A stretch of DNA of 64,000 bases from a virus (Duplodnaviria; Heunggongvirae; Uroviricota; Caudoviricetes), in the IMG/VR virus record IMGVR_UViG_2740892230_000016; one strand, 5' to 3'. Made by a program: the position numbers and the translations under genes. Each line of letters starts with the position of its first letter. Position 1 is the stretch's first letter. This document shows, in pieces, positions 1 to 12,454 of this stretch. The notes under the pieces were generated by a model. The model did not search any database and was not told where the DNA came from. It saw only the letters and a program-made list of their open reading frames with translations.

Positions 1-459
1 AAAGTTAAAACCGCAAAGCTGGTTCTTAACGACGGACAAATTCTTGCCATACAGGTAAACGATACTGGCGATATATCGTCTGTGAAACTGAATGGAAAAG
101 CTATTCCTAACGCTCAGTCGCCGGATATCAAGACGCTTGGTACCGTCATGGGACAGGCGGCCCGCAAAAACTCCGCAAAATTCCAGAAATCACTGATCGC
201 CAAAGCGAAGCGTGTTGCCAATCCGGTAGACAAGAAACCGGCAGTTAAATCCAACTTTCAGCGCCTGCAAGAGGCAAAACAGCGGAATGCTCAGGTGGTT
301 GCCGCTTATAAATCAGCTCAGAACTCGGTGTCTTTCAATCAACAGCAGATCACTGATTTGCGGGCGAAGCTGGATAAGGAGACAGGCCGACTCAATAACG
401 AAAAGGCCCGAAATGGCGAACTCAAACGCCGTCTTAAGCAACTGAAAGCAGGAAATTAA
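1..459 (+). CDS. hdf: Hdf-like protein (homolog of DarA fragment), 5' end probably outside window
   Basis: Reading frame is open from position 1; shares KNSAKFQ motif with the downstream DarA; position immediately upstream of darA. Confidence 0.55.
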   Translation, partial: KVKTAKLVLNDGQILAIQVNDTGDISSVKLNGKAIPNAQSPDIKTLGTVMGQAARKNSAKFQKSLIAKAKRVANPVDKKPAVKSNFQRLQEAKQRNAQVVAAYKSAQNSVSFNQQQITDLRAKLDKETGRLNNEKARNGELKRRLKQLKAGN

Positions 460-460
460 C

Positions 461-2380
461 ATGGAACAGTTCAATATCAATAAAGGGGTGACGATCAAGC
501 CTGGGCTGGACGTGCTTCCCCCGCCAGTGACTGATGATGAATATCGCGCATTAATGGCCGGTGAGGACCGCTATCTGATGACGGAATCCAACACCCTGGA
601 GGAAATCGAGGCTACGTTCTTCTATGACACGCCGATCCACTGGTGTGCTACGGATTTACTGGAGGCGATTAGTTCTACTCGTTTGCAGTTACACCGGACC
701 ATGCAGGCATTTGTCCGGGCATTGAACCAGAAGCTGAATGGTACCGGAATCTCTGCGGGAAGTGATAAAACGGGGGATGTGGCCCAGAGCGGCGCGCGCG
801 CGATCGGCGGCGCTGAAATTGGCCGGGCACGTAACGTTAACGGGCTGCCGGTCCTGCCAGCCATTATTCCGCTCAGTGATGGTCAGACTATCAGCATTCT
901 GTTTCATAGCCCGACAGCGGAAAACCGGATCACCAATAGCGATACGCTGGTTGCTTTCCAGTTCTTACTGAATAAAAAAGACGTTACTCACACCGTTGCT
1001 CCGATGAGTGGACGTGATATGACGCTGGCGCAGGTCACCATGAAACTTGCCAACCTTGCAGAGAAAAACTCGGCAAAATTCCAGCGTGCACAGAAGAAGA
1101 AAAAAGCCCTGGTTGATGAACTAACCCAACTACAGGCTGACAGTGATCAGAAAGAGGATGCCATGAGCGACCTCGCGGATCAGGTGGCAGCGGTAGAAGG
1201 GCAGAAGGCAGATCTGGAGCAGAAAATTAACGCTGTTGCATCGGAAGCGGATTCTCTTTATGAAGAGAATGAGCGTTTGCAGGGGGAGATTGATCGGCTC
1301 AATCGCACTGGTGGGCGCGATACCATTGCCCCTGCGGGGATGACTGGTGGGCACTCTCGCGCGCTGACGGATCGCCTTGCCAGTATCAAAAATCGTATGC
1401 ATATGGACGGGGAAGCGATGCTCAGTAATGGTGCATCAATGAAGCAATTCATTGGGGATGGCGAAGGGTATATCCAGTTAACCGATCCGGATGGCAGCGT
1501 ATACATGATCAAGGCTAAATCCATACAGGGTGTGGACATGGCAGATGCGATCGGCAAGCTGTTTAAAGCCTATAAAGCGGGTAATGTATCGGAATATCTG
1601 GTCCAACCAGAAGAACATAAACCGGAAAACGTCGAACCTGAACCAGCGGAGGATACCGGTAGCTCTTCGCCTGAACCAGAAGTCTCTGTAGGTGCATATC
1701 GATATGCCCTGCAAATGCGTCCGGCGGCCCCTGGCGCAATACCTGAAGGTAACAAAGCAATTCTGCCGCGCCCTGATGAAGGTGACCCGTATTATGAATA
1801 TGCACGCTACGGCATTGCTACTTACGATACCCCGCTTTCTGATCAGCAAATGAGTGAGTACGACCTGAAGTTATTGCCTCGCGAGGATTCTTTCGACTTC
1901 CTGGCGAAGACACTTACTAATGGTCCGTTTGGCAAATATGCACAAAAAGCTCTGGAGCTGGCCACCAGCTCACCAGACGAGTTCCGCGTAATGCTGAAAA
2001 CTCAGTTTCAAAAAACTTTCCCCAATATTGCGTTTCCTGGGGGCGCTGGCACCGAGAAAATGGTGCAGAGCATGATCAATGCATTGCAGGCCGAAGTCGG
2101 TGAGATTACTCAGCCAGAACCGGCCCCGGCACAGCCTGATGAAACGGTTAGCGAAGCAGATGCAGAGGCTAATAAAGCCATTGAATATCTCAATAACGTG
2201 ATGGATATGCAAAGCACTGACATGGCGGAGATCCGTAACGCCCGGGGCAATGTCCGGGAAGCGATTGCAGCCCTTCAGGCTGCCGGACGTTTTGAGGAAA
2301 ACGAAGAGCTGGTTAATGGCGCTGCTCGCCACCTGGCTGATCTGCTGGTAGCAATCCAGAAAGCGGGGGTAGCGGCATGA
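461..2380 (+). CDS. darA: DarA-like antirestriction capsid protein (639 aa)
   Basis: 639-aa product, size and operon position as I recall for P1 darA; internal repeat of the Hdf motif EKNSAKFQRAQ. Confidence 0.7.
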   Translation: MEQFNINKGVTIKPGLDVLPPPVTDDEYRALMAGEDRYLMTESNTLEEIEATFFYDTPIHWCATDLLEAISSTRLQLHRTMQAFVRALNQKLNGTGISAGSDKTGDVAQSGARAIGGAEIGRARNVNGLPVLPAIIPLSDGQTISILFHSPTAENRITNSDTLVAFQFLLNKKDVTHTVAPMSGRDMTLAQVTMKLANLAEKNSAKFQRAQKKKKALVDELTQLQADSDQKEDAMSDLADQVAAVEGQKADLEQKINAVASEADSLYEENERLQGEIDRLNRTGGRDTIAPAGMTGGHSRALTDRLASIKNRMHMDGEAMLSNGASMKQFIGDGEGYIQLTDPDGSVYMIKAKSIQGVDMADAIGKLFKAYKAGNVSEYLVQPEEHKPENVEPEPAEDTGSSSPEPEVSVGAYRYALQMRPAAPGAIPEGNKAILPRPDEGDPYYEYARYGIATYDTPLSDQQMSEYDLKLLPREDSFDFLAKTLTNGPFGKYAQKALELATSSPDEFRVMLKTQFQKTFPNIAFPGGAGTEKMVQSMINALQAEVGEITQPEPAPAQPDETVSEADAEANKAIEYLNNVMDMQSTDMAEIRNARGNVREAIAALQAAGRFEENEELVNGAARHLADLLVAIQKAGVAA

Positions 2381-2742
2381 CACTATCAGCTATTGAGTTA
2401 ATGGATCTCAGCGATAAGTTGGATGCTCTGATGTCCAAAGCGGCTACCGCGAGTGGCATGGAGTTGCTGGATATCAGCGATGAAATTGACCAGATCATGC
2501 AACAGATGGGGTACGGCGCGTCCGGCGGCAGTAGTGGCGAGGAAAAACAACCTTCGGAACATGATGGTGTGCCAAAACTGGTAGCTGATTTCCTGGCTGA
2601 TAAATTCGTCGATCAGAGCACAGATGCATTTATCGGTACCTTGCAGGACTTGAGTCAATATGTTGGCACATACATCGATCTGGACCAGGTTAAACAACAC
2701 ACGGCGGCATGGATAGCCGCCAATATTAAAGAGGCAGCATAA
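2377..2742 (+). CDS. ddrA: DdrA-like protein (121 aa)
   Basis: Start overlaps darA stop (translational coupling); position in dar operon. Confidence 0.55.
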   Translation: MTLSAIELMDLSDKLDALMSKAATASGMELLDISDEIDQIMQQMGYGASGGSSGEEKQPSEHDGVPKLVADFLADKFVDQSTDAFIGTLQDLSQYVGTYIDLDQVKQHTAAWIAANIKEAA

Positions 2743-2754
2743 GGCGTAACAGGG

Positions 2755-5742
2755 ATGAGCTTAAGCGATCAGGTGGTGATGGCCACCAGCATAGAAACGC
2801 TGATCGAGCTGCTAAAAAACCTGCCCGATTACGGGCGGGTTTCGTATGTGGTGACAGCGAAGGGAGACGAGGTAAAAACAGCGTTTGATATCGTCGATGC
2901 CTCAACTCTTTTGGTATCCAATACTCTGGACGGGAAAATTAATCCGGACTATCCCCAGGAACTTCAGCCGCGCGACCGGACCCGCGCATCCAGCCTTCTT
3001 CAGGTTAACCAGATATCCAAGGATTTGCGGCCTGCTCAGCTTACCGATTCCGGTCTATCCAGCCATGGCGCGCCGATAATTGGTGAGGACAATGCCGTTG
3101 AGTCAGGTAATGGACGGACCATGGGGATCATTAAAGCCTATCAGGACGGCAATGCGGATCGGTATCGGGAGTACCTGATTGAACATGCGACCGAATTCGG
3201 CATACGACCTGAAAAGGTTGAATCAATGACGGCTCCGGTACTGGTGCGCCGCCGGTTAACGAAGGTTGACCGCGTTCAGTTTGCCAAGGACTCAAATATT
3301 TCTGATCTTCAGGAAATGGCAGCCAGTGAAAAGGCTTTTGTTGATGCCGACAACATAACTCCGGCGATGATGGCGCTGTTTAACCCGTCAGAAAGCGGAG
3401 ATCTGCTTAGCCGCAGTAATGACGCGTTTATTCGCGGATTCATGACGCAAGTTGGTGCCACACAGGCGGCTGGCCTTGTAACTGAAGATGGGCGACCAAC
3501 ACGGCAACTTGTTGACCGTATACAAAACGCGATCTTTGCCAAGGCATATAAGGATGCGCGCCTGGTAAGGATGGTTGCAGAAGAACCTGATCCGGATATG
3601 CGTAATGTTCTGACGGCGCTTAATGCGGCAGCCAATGATTTTGTCCAGATGCAGGCTTTATCAGGAGAAGCGCACAAGCAGGCTGTGACAACTATTGTTG
3701 ATGGCATTGAGACAGCGGATAGCCTCGATAAAAAGGCGCTGGCGGCATTGAAAGATGCGGTAGACCTGGTAAGGCAATCGAAGGAGTCAGGCCAGCATAT
3801 TACCGATGTTATTGCTCAGGGGGATATGTTCAGCGAAACGGCCCCGGAAGTGAAAGCACTCGCGTTGTTCATCGTCGCGAATAACCGTAGCGCGAAGCGT
3901 ATGGCCACCGCCTTTAAGTTGATGGCGCAACGTATCAATGATGAGTTACAGCACCAGGGCCAGGCGCTCGGGGATATGTTTGGCGGCGGCGATGTGTCGT
4001 TACAGGATATCCTTCGCCAGGTGTCTCAGGAACTGGAATACGAAGGCATGCAAGGGATATCCGGCGGTCTTTTCGAGTCCGTTTCCGGCGGTAGTTACAA
4101 CGGTGTTGCTCCGTATACCAGTTTGCTATTACATCGGGCATCCGGCATCAAAGACATTATTCATCTGATCAGGCTGCTTTCCCGCACAGATCCCCAGGAT
4201 GAACAGCTTGTACAAGTGCTTGCGCATTTTGTTCGAATGCCTGTTGCCGACGTGAAAAAATGGTGCCGATTATTCGGTATCAGCAATTCGTTACTTCGCG
4301 GCTTGTTAAATCACGCATCCTCCCTTGGGCGCGATGGCTTTGACGAGATAGCGCAGGCGATAAAAAACGGAGATATGCCACCAGCTATTGACTGGTTTTC
4401 CATTCGCCCAACCAGGGTGAAAGCATTCCTTAGCGCGGCGCATTCGGCATCACCATTGGCAGAAATGGTTCAGAGGTTGTCGCTCATATTCACAGACCAT
4501 ACCGCGTTGGGTGATCTGACTCTGGACGAGATGAAAGAAGCCTCCATTCAGTGGGCCGATCAACAAAATGAGGTTAACTCAGACTTCTTGCCAGCATTCA
4601 GGAAGGCCGTTGGTAAAGCGGATGATGCCCGTGGAATTCTGAAGGCATTTAAGGCATTGCAAAGTCGGGTTAATAAACATGTCGGTGATATCGATGGGGT
4701 AACGGCGGAAGGCAGGGATATCCTTAAAGAGCACGGCATAACGCCAGAGTTTATTGATGAGATCAGGACGGATATGCAGCGTGAGGTCGTATCGTCCCTG
4801 CAAATTGTAGCCAGAGCGTTGGCGGATGCTAATCCGAAGAGTGCGGCCATTGTTAACCGGGTTATTGGTGATATTGAAGCATCGGAGGGCATGGGGGCGC
4901 TGAAACTCTTCCTTTCGCGAGCGTTTAATCCTAACGGCAATATTCTCCCTGGCATTATTGGTGAGGCTAAAAAGTATGTCAGTGAAGAAGAACTTGAGCA
5001 GCTTGACCAACTACTTAAGCGATTCTCATACAACCCGCAGACACGCTGGCAAATGAATCAGCGAAGTATGGGTTCGGTCCACGAGAAAGTGTTATCTGCC
5101 ATGAACAGTGCGATCGCAAACTCATCCGTATCTGAAGAAAAAGCTCTTGAGTGGGCCGACTCTTTTATCACGGAAGAAGTGGAAGAAGCCCGCGCTGGAC
5201 AGAATGGTGGGATAGACCTGCGCAAGGAACTTGCTGATATTTATCGCCTGACCGGCGGTAAAATTTCGACCTTATCAAAGGTGGTTCACCACAAGGGAAG
5301 GGCATATGCAAATCTTAATGGTGTTGTTGCTGTCAATTTGAACGATGAAAATGCAAGTGCACTGTGGCACGAGCTGGGTCATCATCTTGAGTACAGTAAC
5401 CCTGGTTTGTTAGAGAAAGCCCGGTCATTCCTGAAGGCCAATGTTGAAGGGGATAAGCCATCTTTCGTTAATATCGGTGGGCGTGGCAAGCCTGAATGGT
5501 GCTTCAGATCTCGATTGAGTAATATTTATATGGCGAAGGTATACCCGCCAGTCTCAGTGAGTAACTCCGGGAAAATTCGGCAGAAATCACCGACCATTTC
5601 CAAAACGTCAGCAACGGAAGTATTCTCTATGGCTCTTCAGTTGTATCATGACAAAGAGGCCGCTGCCGCATCACTGATGAATGGTGACGGATTGCTGGAA
5701 CTGTTATTAGGTGTGGCAAAGGAGCTAAATAATGCAGATTAA
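2755..5742 (+). CDS. ddrB: DdrB-like large protein (995 aa)
   Basis: 995-aa ORF following ddrA in dar operon; ATG at 2755. Confidence 0.6.
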   Translation: MSLSDQVVMATSIETLIELLKNLPDYGRVSYVVTAKGDEVKTAFDIVDASTLLVSNTLDGKINPDYPQELQPRDRTRASSLLQVNQISKDLRPAQLTDSGLSSHGAPIIGEDNAVESGNGRTMGIIKAYQDGNADRYREYLIEHATEFGIRPEKVESMTAPVLVRRRLTKVDRVQFAKDSNISDLQEMAASEKAFVDADNITPAMMALFNPSESGDLLSRSNDAFIRGFMTQVGATQAAGLVTEDGRPTRQLVDRIQNAIFAKAYKDARLVRMVAEEPDPDMRNVLTALNAAANDFVQMQALSGEAHKQAVTTIVDGIETADSLDKKALAALKDAVDLVRQSKESGQHITDVIAQGDMFSETAPEVKALALFIVANNRSAKRMATAFKLMAQRINDELQHQGQALGDMFGGGDVSLQDILRQVSQELEYEGMQGISGGLFESVSGGSYNGVAPYTSLLLHRASGIKDIIHLIRLLSRTDPQDEQLVQVLAHFVRMPVADVKKWCRLFGISNSLLRGLLNHASSLGRDGFDEIAQAIKNGDMPPAIDWFSIRPTRVKAFLSAAHSASPLAEMVQRLSLIFTDHTALGDLTLDEMKEASIQWADQQNEVNSDFLPAFRKAVGKADDARGILKAFKALQSRVNKHVGDIDGVTAEGRDILKEHGITPEFIDEIRTDMQREVVSSLQIVARALADANPKSAAIVNRVIGDIEASEGMGALKLFLSRAFNPNGNILPGIIGEAKKYVSEEELEQLDQLLKRFSYNPQTRWQMNQRSMGSVHEKVLSAMNSAIANSSVSEEKALEWADSFITEEVEEARAGQNGGIDLRKELADIYRLTGGKISTLSKVVHHKGRAYANLNGVVAVNLNDENASALWHELGHHLEYSNPGLLEKARSFLKANVEGDKPSFVNIGGRGKPEWCFRSRLSNIYMAKVYPPVSVSNSGKIRQKSPTISKTSATEVFSMALQLYHDKEAAAASLMNGDGLLELLLGVAKELNNAD

Positions 5743-6040
5743 AATCGCAGCGCCATTAGGCGGAGATGCCATTATCGAATTTGATGATAATGAAGAAGTT
5801 TCCGGGCGTTTAAGCATTATCTCCGGTGACATTACCGAGGACATGATCGCTGAAGCCATAGCTGGAGCAAATCCCAATAGCTATATGGGATTCGTTAACA
5901 CCCTTGATGCTCCCGCAAGTGATGTTCTCCGAACGCTGTATCTTTACGCTGGCTGGTTTGTTGATTGGCCAGCAGTAGATGGTGGCGATGAGGACGACGA
6001 CGATGATTTTGGTGATCATATAGACCAGATCATATATTAA
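5732..6040 (+). CDS. hypothetical acidic protein (102 aa), distal gene of dar operon
   Basis: ORF overlapping ddrB end; C-terminal run DGGDEDDDDDFGD; no HTH so not an Xre-like hxr. Confidence 0.4.
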   Translation: MQIKIAAPLGGDAIIEFDDNEEVSGRLSIISGDITEDMIAEAIAGANPNSYMGFVNTLDAPASDVLRTLYLYAGWFVDWPAVDGGDEDDDDDFGDHIDQIIY

Positions 6041-6042
6041 AG

Positions 6043-6069
6043 AAATCCCGCCAATCGGCGGGATTTTTA
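6043..6069. terminator. bidirectional intrinsic terminator between convergent genes
   Basis: Inverted repeat AAATCCCGCC-aatc-GGCGGGATTT followed by T run, between stop at 6040 (+) and stop at 6072 (-). Confidence 0.6.
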
Positions 6070-6071
6070 CC

Positions 6072-7166
6072 TCACGAGAAGCTCTTTTCTGATGTCAGCC
6101 AACAGTGCTCGTGCAAATCTCTCGGAGGTTTTTCGACAAATGCCTCTTCAGCCACATCCTGCCAGGGGATTTGTTTAGCCCATTCAGCTATAGCGTTATG
6201 GTTTGCCGAGAATAACGGTATTGTATAGGCCTTCAGCCAGTCTAATGTGCTGGAGTTGTGTTTTTGAGCGTGATGTTTCGCATGGTGTTTGGCGATCACG
6301 ATCGTAGGCACTACCCATTTACTACCGTCAGTCATTGTGAAGTGCATATTACGGGGAACAGATGACTTTTCCATCAACTCCCGAATCCCGGGAAATTTCC
6401 CCAAGATCAATCGGCGATATTCATCGCTATTGCGCCCACCAAACTCTTTGGCTTTGAATTCAAGATATGCTTCAGAAACGAGAGGCGAATCCTCTGTGTT
6501 TAGAGTTATCGCCGTGAAAAAACCAGCAGGATTGTTTTTACTATGGGCCAACCGGTGATGCGAATCATAAAAGTACCCTTTCTCGCGTTCCGATGGTTTC
6601 GACAGCAACAGCAGGCGCGAGTCATAATTGGTTAAATTGCCAGTTATCACTGCATGAGCGCGATCGCTGATTTCCGCCGAGTTAATAACGATGAAAAGAT
6701 CGTGCGGTCCAGTAAAACCAGCCAGAGACACTTCGTTATTCAGACAATAGGTTATATAGACGCATCCCCATGTTTCACTGATATGCACCAACCCTTTGTC
6801 AGGGTGCATTCTGAAATGATTGCCAAGAAAAGGGTGTTTTTGGGTAACTCGCTCCCAATAACGGAACATATAGTCAATTATTGTTTTTCGACTATCGTTA
6901 ATAGCAGGAGAAACAACCACTGTACGGGAACACGAATACAGTATTGTTTGCAGGATGCTAATCACTGCCACAATAGAGGTTTCCCCAATACCATGTGGTG
7001 TGGTGGCAGTGACTTTGGCTCCGGTGTTCTTTATCGCGTTAATAATTTTTGCTTGATGAGGTGTTAACTCAATATCAAGCAACTCTTTCGCTGCCAGTTC
7101 CCAATTGTCTTTATACTGTTCTATCAGTGCTAACCAGGCAGATTCATTCTGTATACGATTAATCAC
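6072..7166 (-). CDS. terminase large subunit (PacB) paralog with degenerate Walker A/B motifs
   Basis: Clear similarity to PacB in this window (e.g. LLLSKPSEREKGYFYDSHHRLA vs [34 protein letters not shown] vs [13 protein letters not shown]) but Walker A GHGTGKS is PHGIGET and Walker B IIDEAS is VINSAE. Confidence 0.6.
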   Translation of the reverse strand: MINRIQNESAWLALIEQYKDNWELAAKELLDIELTPHQAKIINAIKNTGAKVTATTPHGIGETSIVAVISILQTILYSCSRTVVVSPAINDSRKTIIDYMFRYWERVTQKHPFLGNHFRMHPDKGLVHISETWGCVYITYCLNNEVSLAGFTGPHDLFIVINSAEISDRAHAVITGNLTNYDSRLLLLSKPSEREKGYFYDSHHRLAHSKNNPAGFFTAITLNTEDSPLVSEAYLEFKAKEFGGRNSDEYRRLILGKFPGIRELMEKSSVPRNMHFTMTDGSKWVVPTIVIAKHHAKHHAQKHNSSTLDWLKAYTIPLFSANHNAIAEWAKQIPWQDVAEEAFVEKPPRDLHEHCWLTSEKSFS

Positions 7167-7953
7167 TTTCCACCTCTTCCGTGGTGTTTTCTCGCAGTTC
7201 TGTTAATGCAGCACGACACAGGTTCCGGGCTTTGGCTATAGCCACACTTTTTACCTCATCCGTCATTGTGCAGGTAATGTACTGATCGAGTTCTTCAGCT
7301 CGGATGATGCTTTTCCCTATCATAAACTCTATTTGCCAGAGCAGATCGGCATCCATCGCCAGTATTTCAGCCTGGCCTTCTGGGCCTGCGGGGAAGCAAA
7401 CATAAGACTGTTTGCCCAGGCCGATAACTCGACAACTTGCTTCAAGAATTGCACGCTTGAGGTCTGACTTTGTAACTGAAACAGGTTGATTTTCACCTGT
7501 GATTACGCCGTTGACATGGACGTGGAAGGGCATGTAGCTTGAAATTCGCTCTACTTTCCATACGCCAGCAAGCGATCCTTCATGCAGCACGATGGGGGTA
7601 ACCGCGAGTTTCATCTCACCATATAACTGCTGGCAGATAACTGGATTACTGAATACATCCAGAGGTTCACACTCAAACAGCGGCGCAATCTGCATGAGGT
7701 CCATCATGGTCATACCAGGGGTACGAGCAGTAATGAATCTGCGCATTCCAGTATCCATTGTGCGCCAGATAGCTACACCATGCTTTTTGCTCACTTCTTC
7801 AGTAAAGCCAAGGTGGCACATGATGGTTTTTTCGATAGCCAGATCAGAGATAGAAACCTTTTCGCCTGGCACTCCATCGTTATTGATGGTCACTTCGACA
7901 CTCTGGCCATTACGTAGGCGGTATTGAATGGTTTTAGTATTTTGTGCTGTCAT
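7159..7953 (-). CDS. hypothetical protein (about 264 aa), upstream partner of the terminase-like gene
   Basis: ORF track gives 7159..8121 from an alternative start; first in-frame ATG (MTAQNTK) at 7953; stop overlaps next gene start. Confidence 0.4.
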   Translation of the reverse strand: MTAQNTKTIQYRLRNGQSVEVTINNDGVPGEKVSISDLAIEKTIMCHLGFTEEVSKKHGVAIWRTMDTGMRRFITARTPGMTMMDLMQIAPLFECEPLDVFSNPVICQQLYGEMKLAVTPIVLHEGSLAGVWKVERISSYMPFHVHVNGVITGENQPVSVTKSDLKRAILEASCRVIGLGKQSYVCFPAGPEGQAEILAMDADLLWQIEFMIGKSIIRAEELDQYITCTMTDEVKSVAIAKARNLCRAALTELRENTTEEVESD

Positions 7954-8150
7954 AGTCTTTTCTCTGCTTAAAAACTGATGTATTGCGCCTTCAGGTTGGT
8001 TAGGAATGTTTTCCCACCAGCGAAAGCAATATCTCGGGGTGTTCTTTTCGTGAAAAGCGCGCGCCATTGCCAACTTTGGCGTTTGTTTGCGAGTTCGTGC
8101 TTTTGTCGGCGTCTGGACCACCGCTTTTCTTTCAGTCGTTTTTTACACAT

Positions 8151-8639
8151 TCAAAACGGAATATCGTCGTCAAAGTCCATTGGAGGTTCGTTATTGGCGT
8201 TGCTCTGAGGTTTACCGCCACCACTGTATTGCTGGTGGTTTTGAGGTTGGTTTGATTGCCCCCAGCCATTTGAGGACTGTGAATCGTCACGGCGAGCGCC
8301 GATCATTTGCATGGTGCCGCCCTGGCTGACGATAATTTCCGTCGTGTAACGTTCTACACCGGCGTCATCTGCCCACTTACGGGTTTTAAGTTTCCCTTCG
8401 ATGTAGACCTGAGAACCTTTTCGTAAATACTCACTCGCAATTTCAGCAAGTTTTCCGAACAAAACGACTTTATGCCATTCTGTTTGCTCTTTCTGTTGGC
8501 CCGTTTGCTTGTCGCGCCATGATTCATTCGTTGCGATGCTGAGTCTTCCGACCGCGCCGCCATTTGGTATATACCTGATCTCCGGGTCTTGCCCCAGGGT
8601 GCCAATCAGGATGACTTTGTTTACACCGCGTTGTGCCAC
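8151..8639 (-). CDS. ssb: single-stranded DNA-binding protein
   Basis: [23 protein letters not shown]... with C-terminal DFDDDIPF tail typical of SSB; GTG start. Confidence 0.95.
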   Translation of the reverse strand: MAQRGVNKVILIGTLGQDPEIRYIPNGGAVGRLSIATNESWRDKQTGQQKEQTEWHKVVLFGKLAEIASEYLRKGSQVYIEGKLKTRKWADDAGVERYTTEIIVSQGGTMQMIGARRDDSQSSNGWGQSNQPQNHQQYSGGGKPQSNANNEPPMDFDDDIPF

Positions 8640-8658
8640 TTATCTTACCTAATAAAAT

Positions 8659-8675
8659 AAATTAATTAGAGCAAT
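8659..8675. promoter_or_regulatory. C1 repressor operator-like site between ssb and lyz
   Basis: AAATTAATTAGAGCAAT, 16/17 match to reverse complement of P1 C1 operator consensus ATTGCTCTAATAAATTT. Confidence 0.6.
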
Positions 8676-8808
8676 AATGTATATCTTTGAAACGTAGCTA
8701 ACAAGTGATTTGCATTATCCTGTGCCTTCTAAAGGGATCGAGTCAGTCGGTATTGGCTGTGAATGGGTGTTTGTCCTGGAGCGTAAAAAATTCGCTTATG
8801 AGGTCTTT

Positions 8809-9366
8809 ATGAAGGGAAAAACAGCCGCAGGAGGCGGTGCAATTTGCGCTATCGCGGTGATGATTACCATCGTGATGGGTAATGGCAATGTGCGAACCAA
8901 CCAGGCGGGGCTTGAGCTGATTGGTAACGCTGAAGGTTGCCGACGTGATCCATACATGTGCCCGGCGGGGGTATGGACTGACGGGATTGGTAATACACAC
9001 GGGGTAACGCCGGGTGTGCGAAAAACCGACCAGCAAATCGCCGCTGATTGGGAAAAGAATATCCTGATCGCTGAACGCTGTATTAATCAGCACTTCCGGG
9101 GCAAAGACATGCCCGATAATGCCTTCAGTGCAATGACAAGCGCGGCATTCAATATGGGATGCAATAGCTTACGGACCTACTACAGCAAAGCGCGAGGCAT
9201 GCGAGTAGAAACGTCCATCCACAAGTGGGCGCAGAAAGGGGAGTGGGTGAATATGTGTAACCATCTCCCTGATTTCGTGAACAGTAACGGCGTGCCCCTG
9301 CGAGGTTTAAAGATTCGCCGTGAAAAAGAACGCCAGCTTTGCCTGACGGGGCTGGTCAATGAATAA
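8809..9366 (+). CDS. lyz: SAR endolysin (lysozyme, 185 aa)
   Basis: MKGKTAAGGGAICAIAVMITIV N-terminal signal-anchor followed by lysozyme-like region; GAGG RBS 5 nt upstream of ATG at 8809. Confidence 0.85.
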   Translation: MKGKTAAGGGAICAIAVMITIVMGNGNVRTNQAGLELIGNAEGCRRDPYMCPAGVWTDGIGNTHGVTPGVRKTDQQIAADWEKNILIAERCINQHFRGKDMPDNAFSAMTSAAFNMGCNSLRTYYSKARGMRVETSIHKWAQKGEWVNMCNHLPDFVNSNGVPLRGLKIRREKERQLCLTGLVNE

Positions 9367-9613
9367 ACTCCGGCAGCTCCGCCGACTTTCGACAATGAAG
9401 TTATCGCTGGCGGCGATAGTTTTCGACTCGATTTTCATGGCGGTATATGTGCTCAATGAGACGTGGCCACTGGAACCGCTATTGTATGCTGGGCTTCGGC
9501 TGTGCCTGACATTTTTGAGCATGGCTGCAAGATTGATGCAGCAGAAAGAAACCGCTTCAGATTGTCCACGCCGCGCGGTGCGCAAATATATGGCACGCAG
9601 GCGAAGGCGATAA
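9359..9613 (+). CDS. hypothetical small membrane protein overlapping lyz stop
   Basis: 84-aa ORF with two hydrophobic helices and a basic C-terminus; 8-nt overlap with lyz; followed by terminator. Confidence 0.3.
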   Translation: MNKLRQLRRLSTMKLSLAAIVFDSIFMAVYVLNETWPLEPLLYAGLRLCLTFLSMAARLMQQKETASDCPRRAVRKYMARRRRR

Positions 9614-9624
9614 TAGTTAACGAG

Positions 9625-9652
9625 AACCCCGGCATCCGCCGGGGTTATTTTT
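9625..9652. terminator. bidirectional intrinsic terminator
   Basis: AACCCCGGC-atcc-GCCGGGGTT hairpin followed by ATTTTT; lies between + strand ORF end and pro stop at 9658. Confidence 0.65.
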
Positions 9653-9657
9653 GGTGG

Positions 9658-12388
<2,731 letters not shown>

Positions 12389-12454
12389 TTAATTAGAATA
12401 ATTCACATCGTGTTTGAACGGAATTTAACACTAGTCACTTGTTAAGGATTACCA

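Noticed and set aside
5732-6040. 102-aa ORF considered as P1 hxr (Xre homolog)
   Set aside because: No helix-turn-helix signature; acidic tail instead; left as hypothetical
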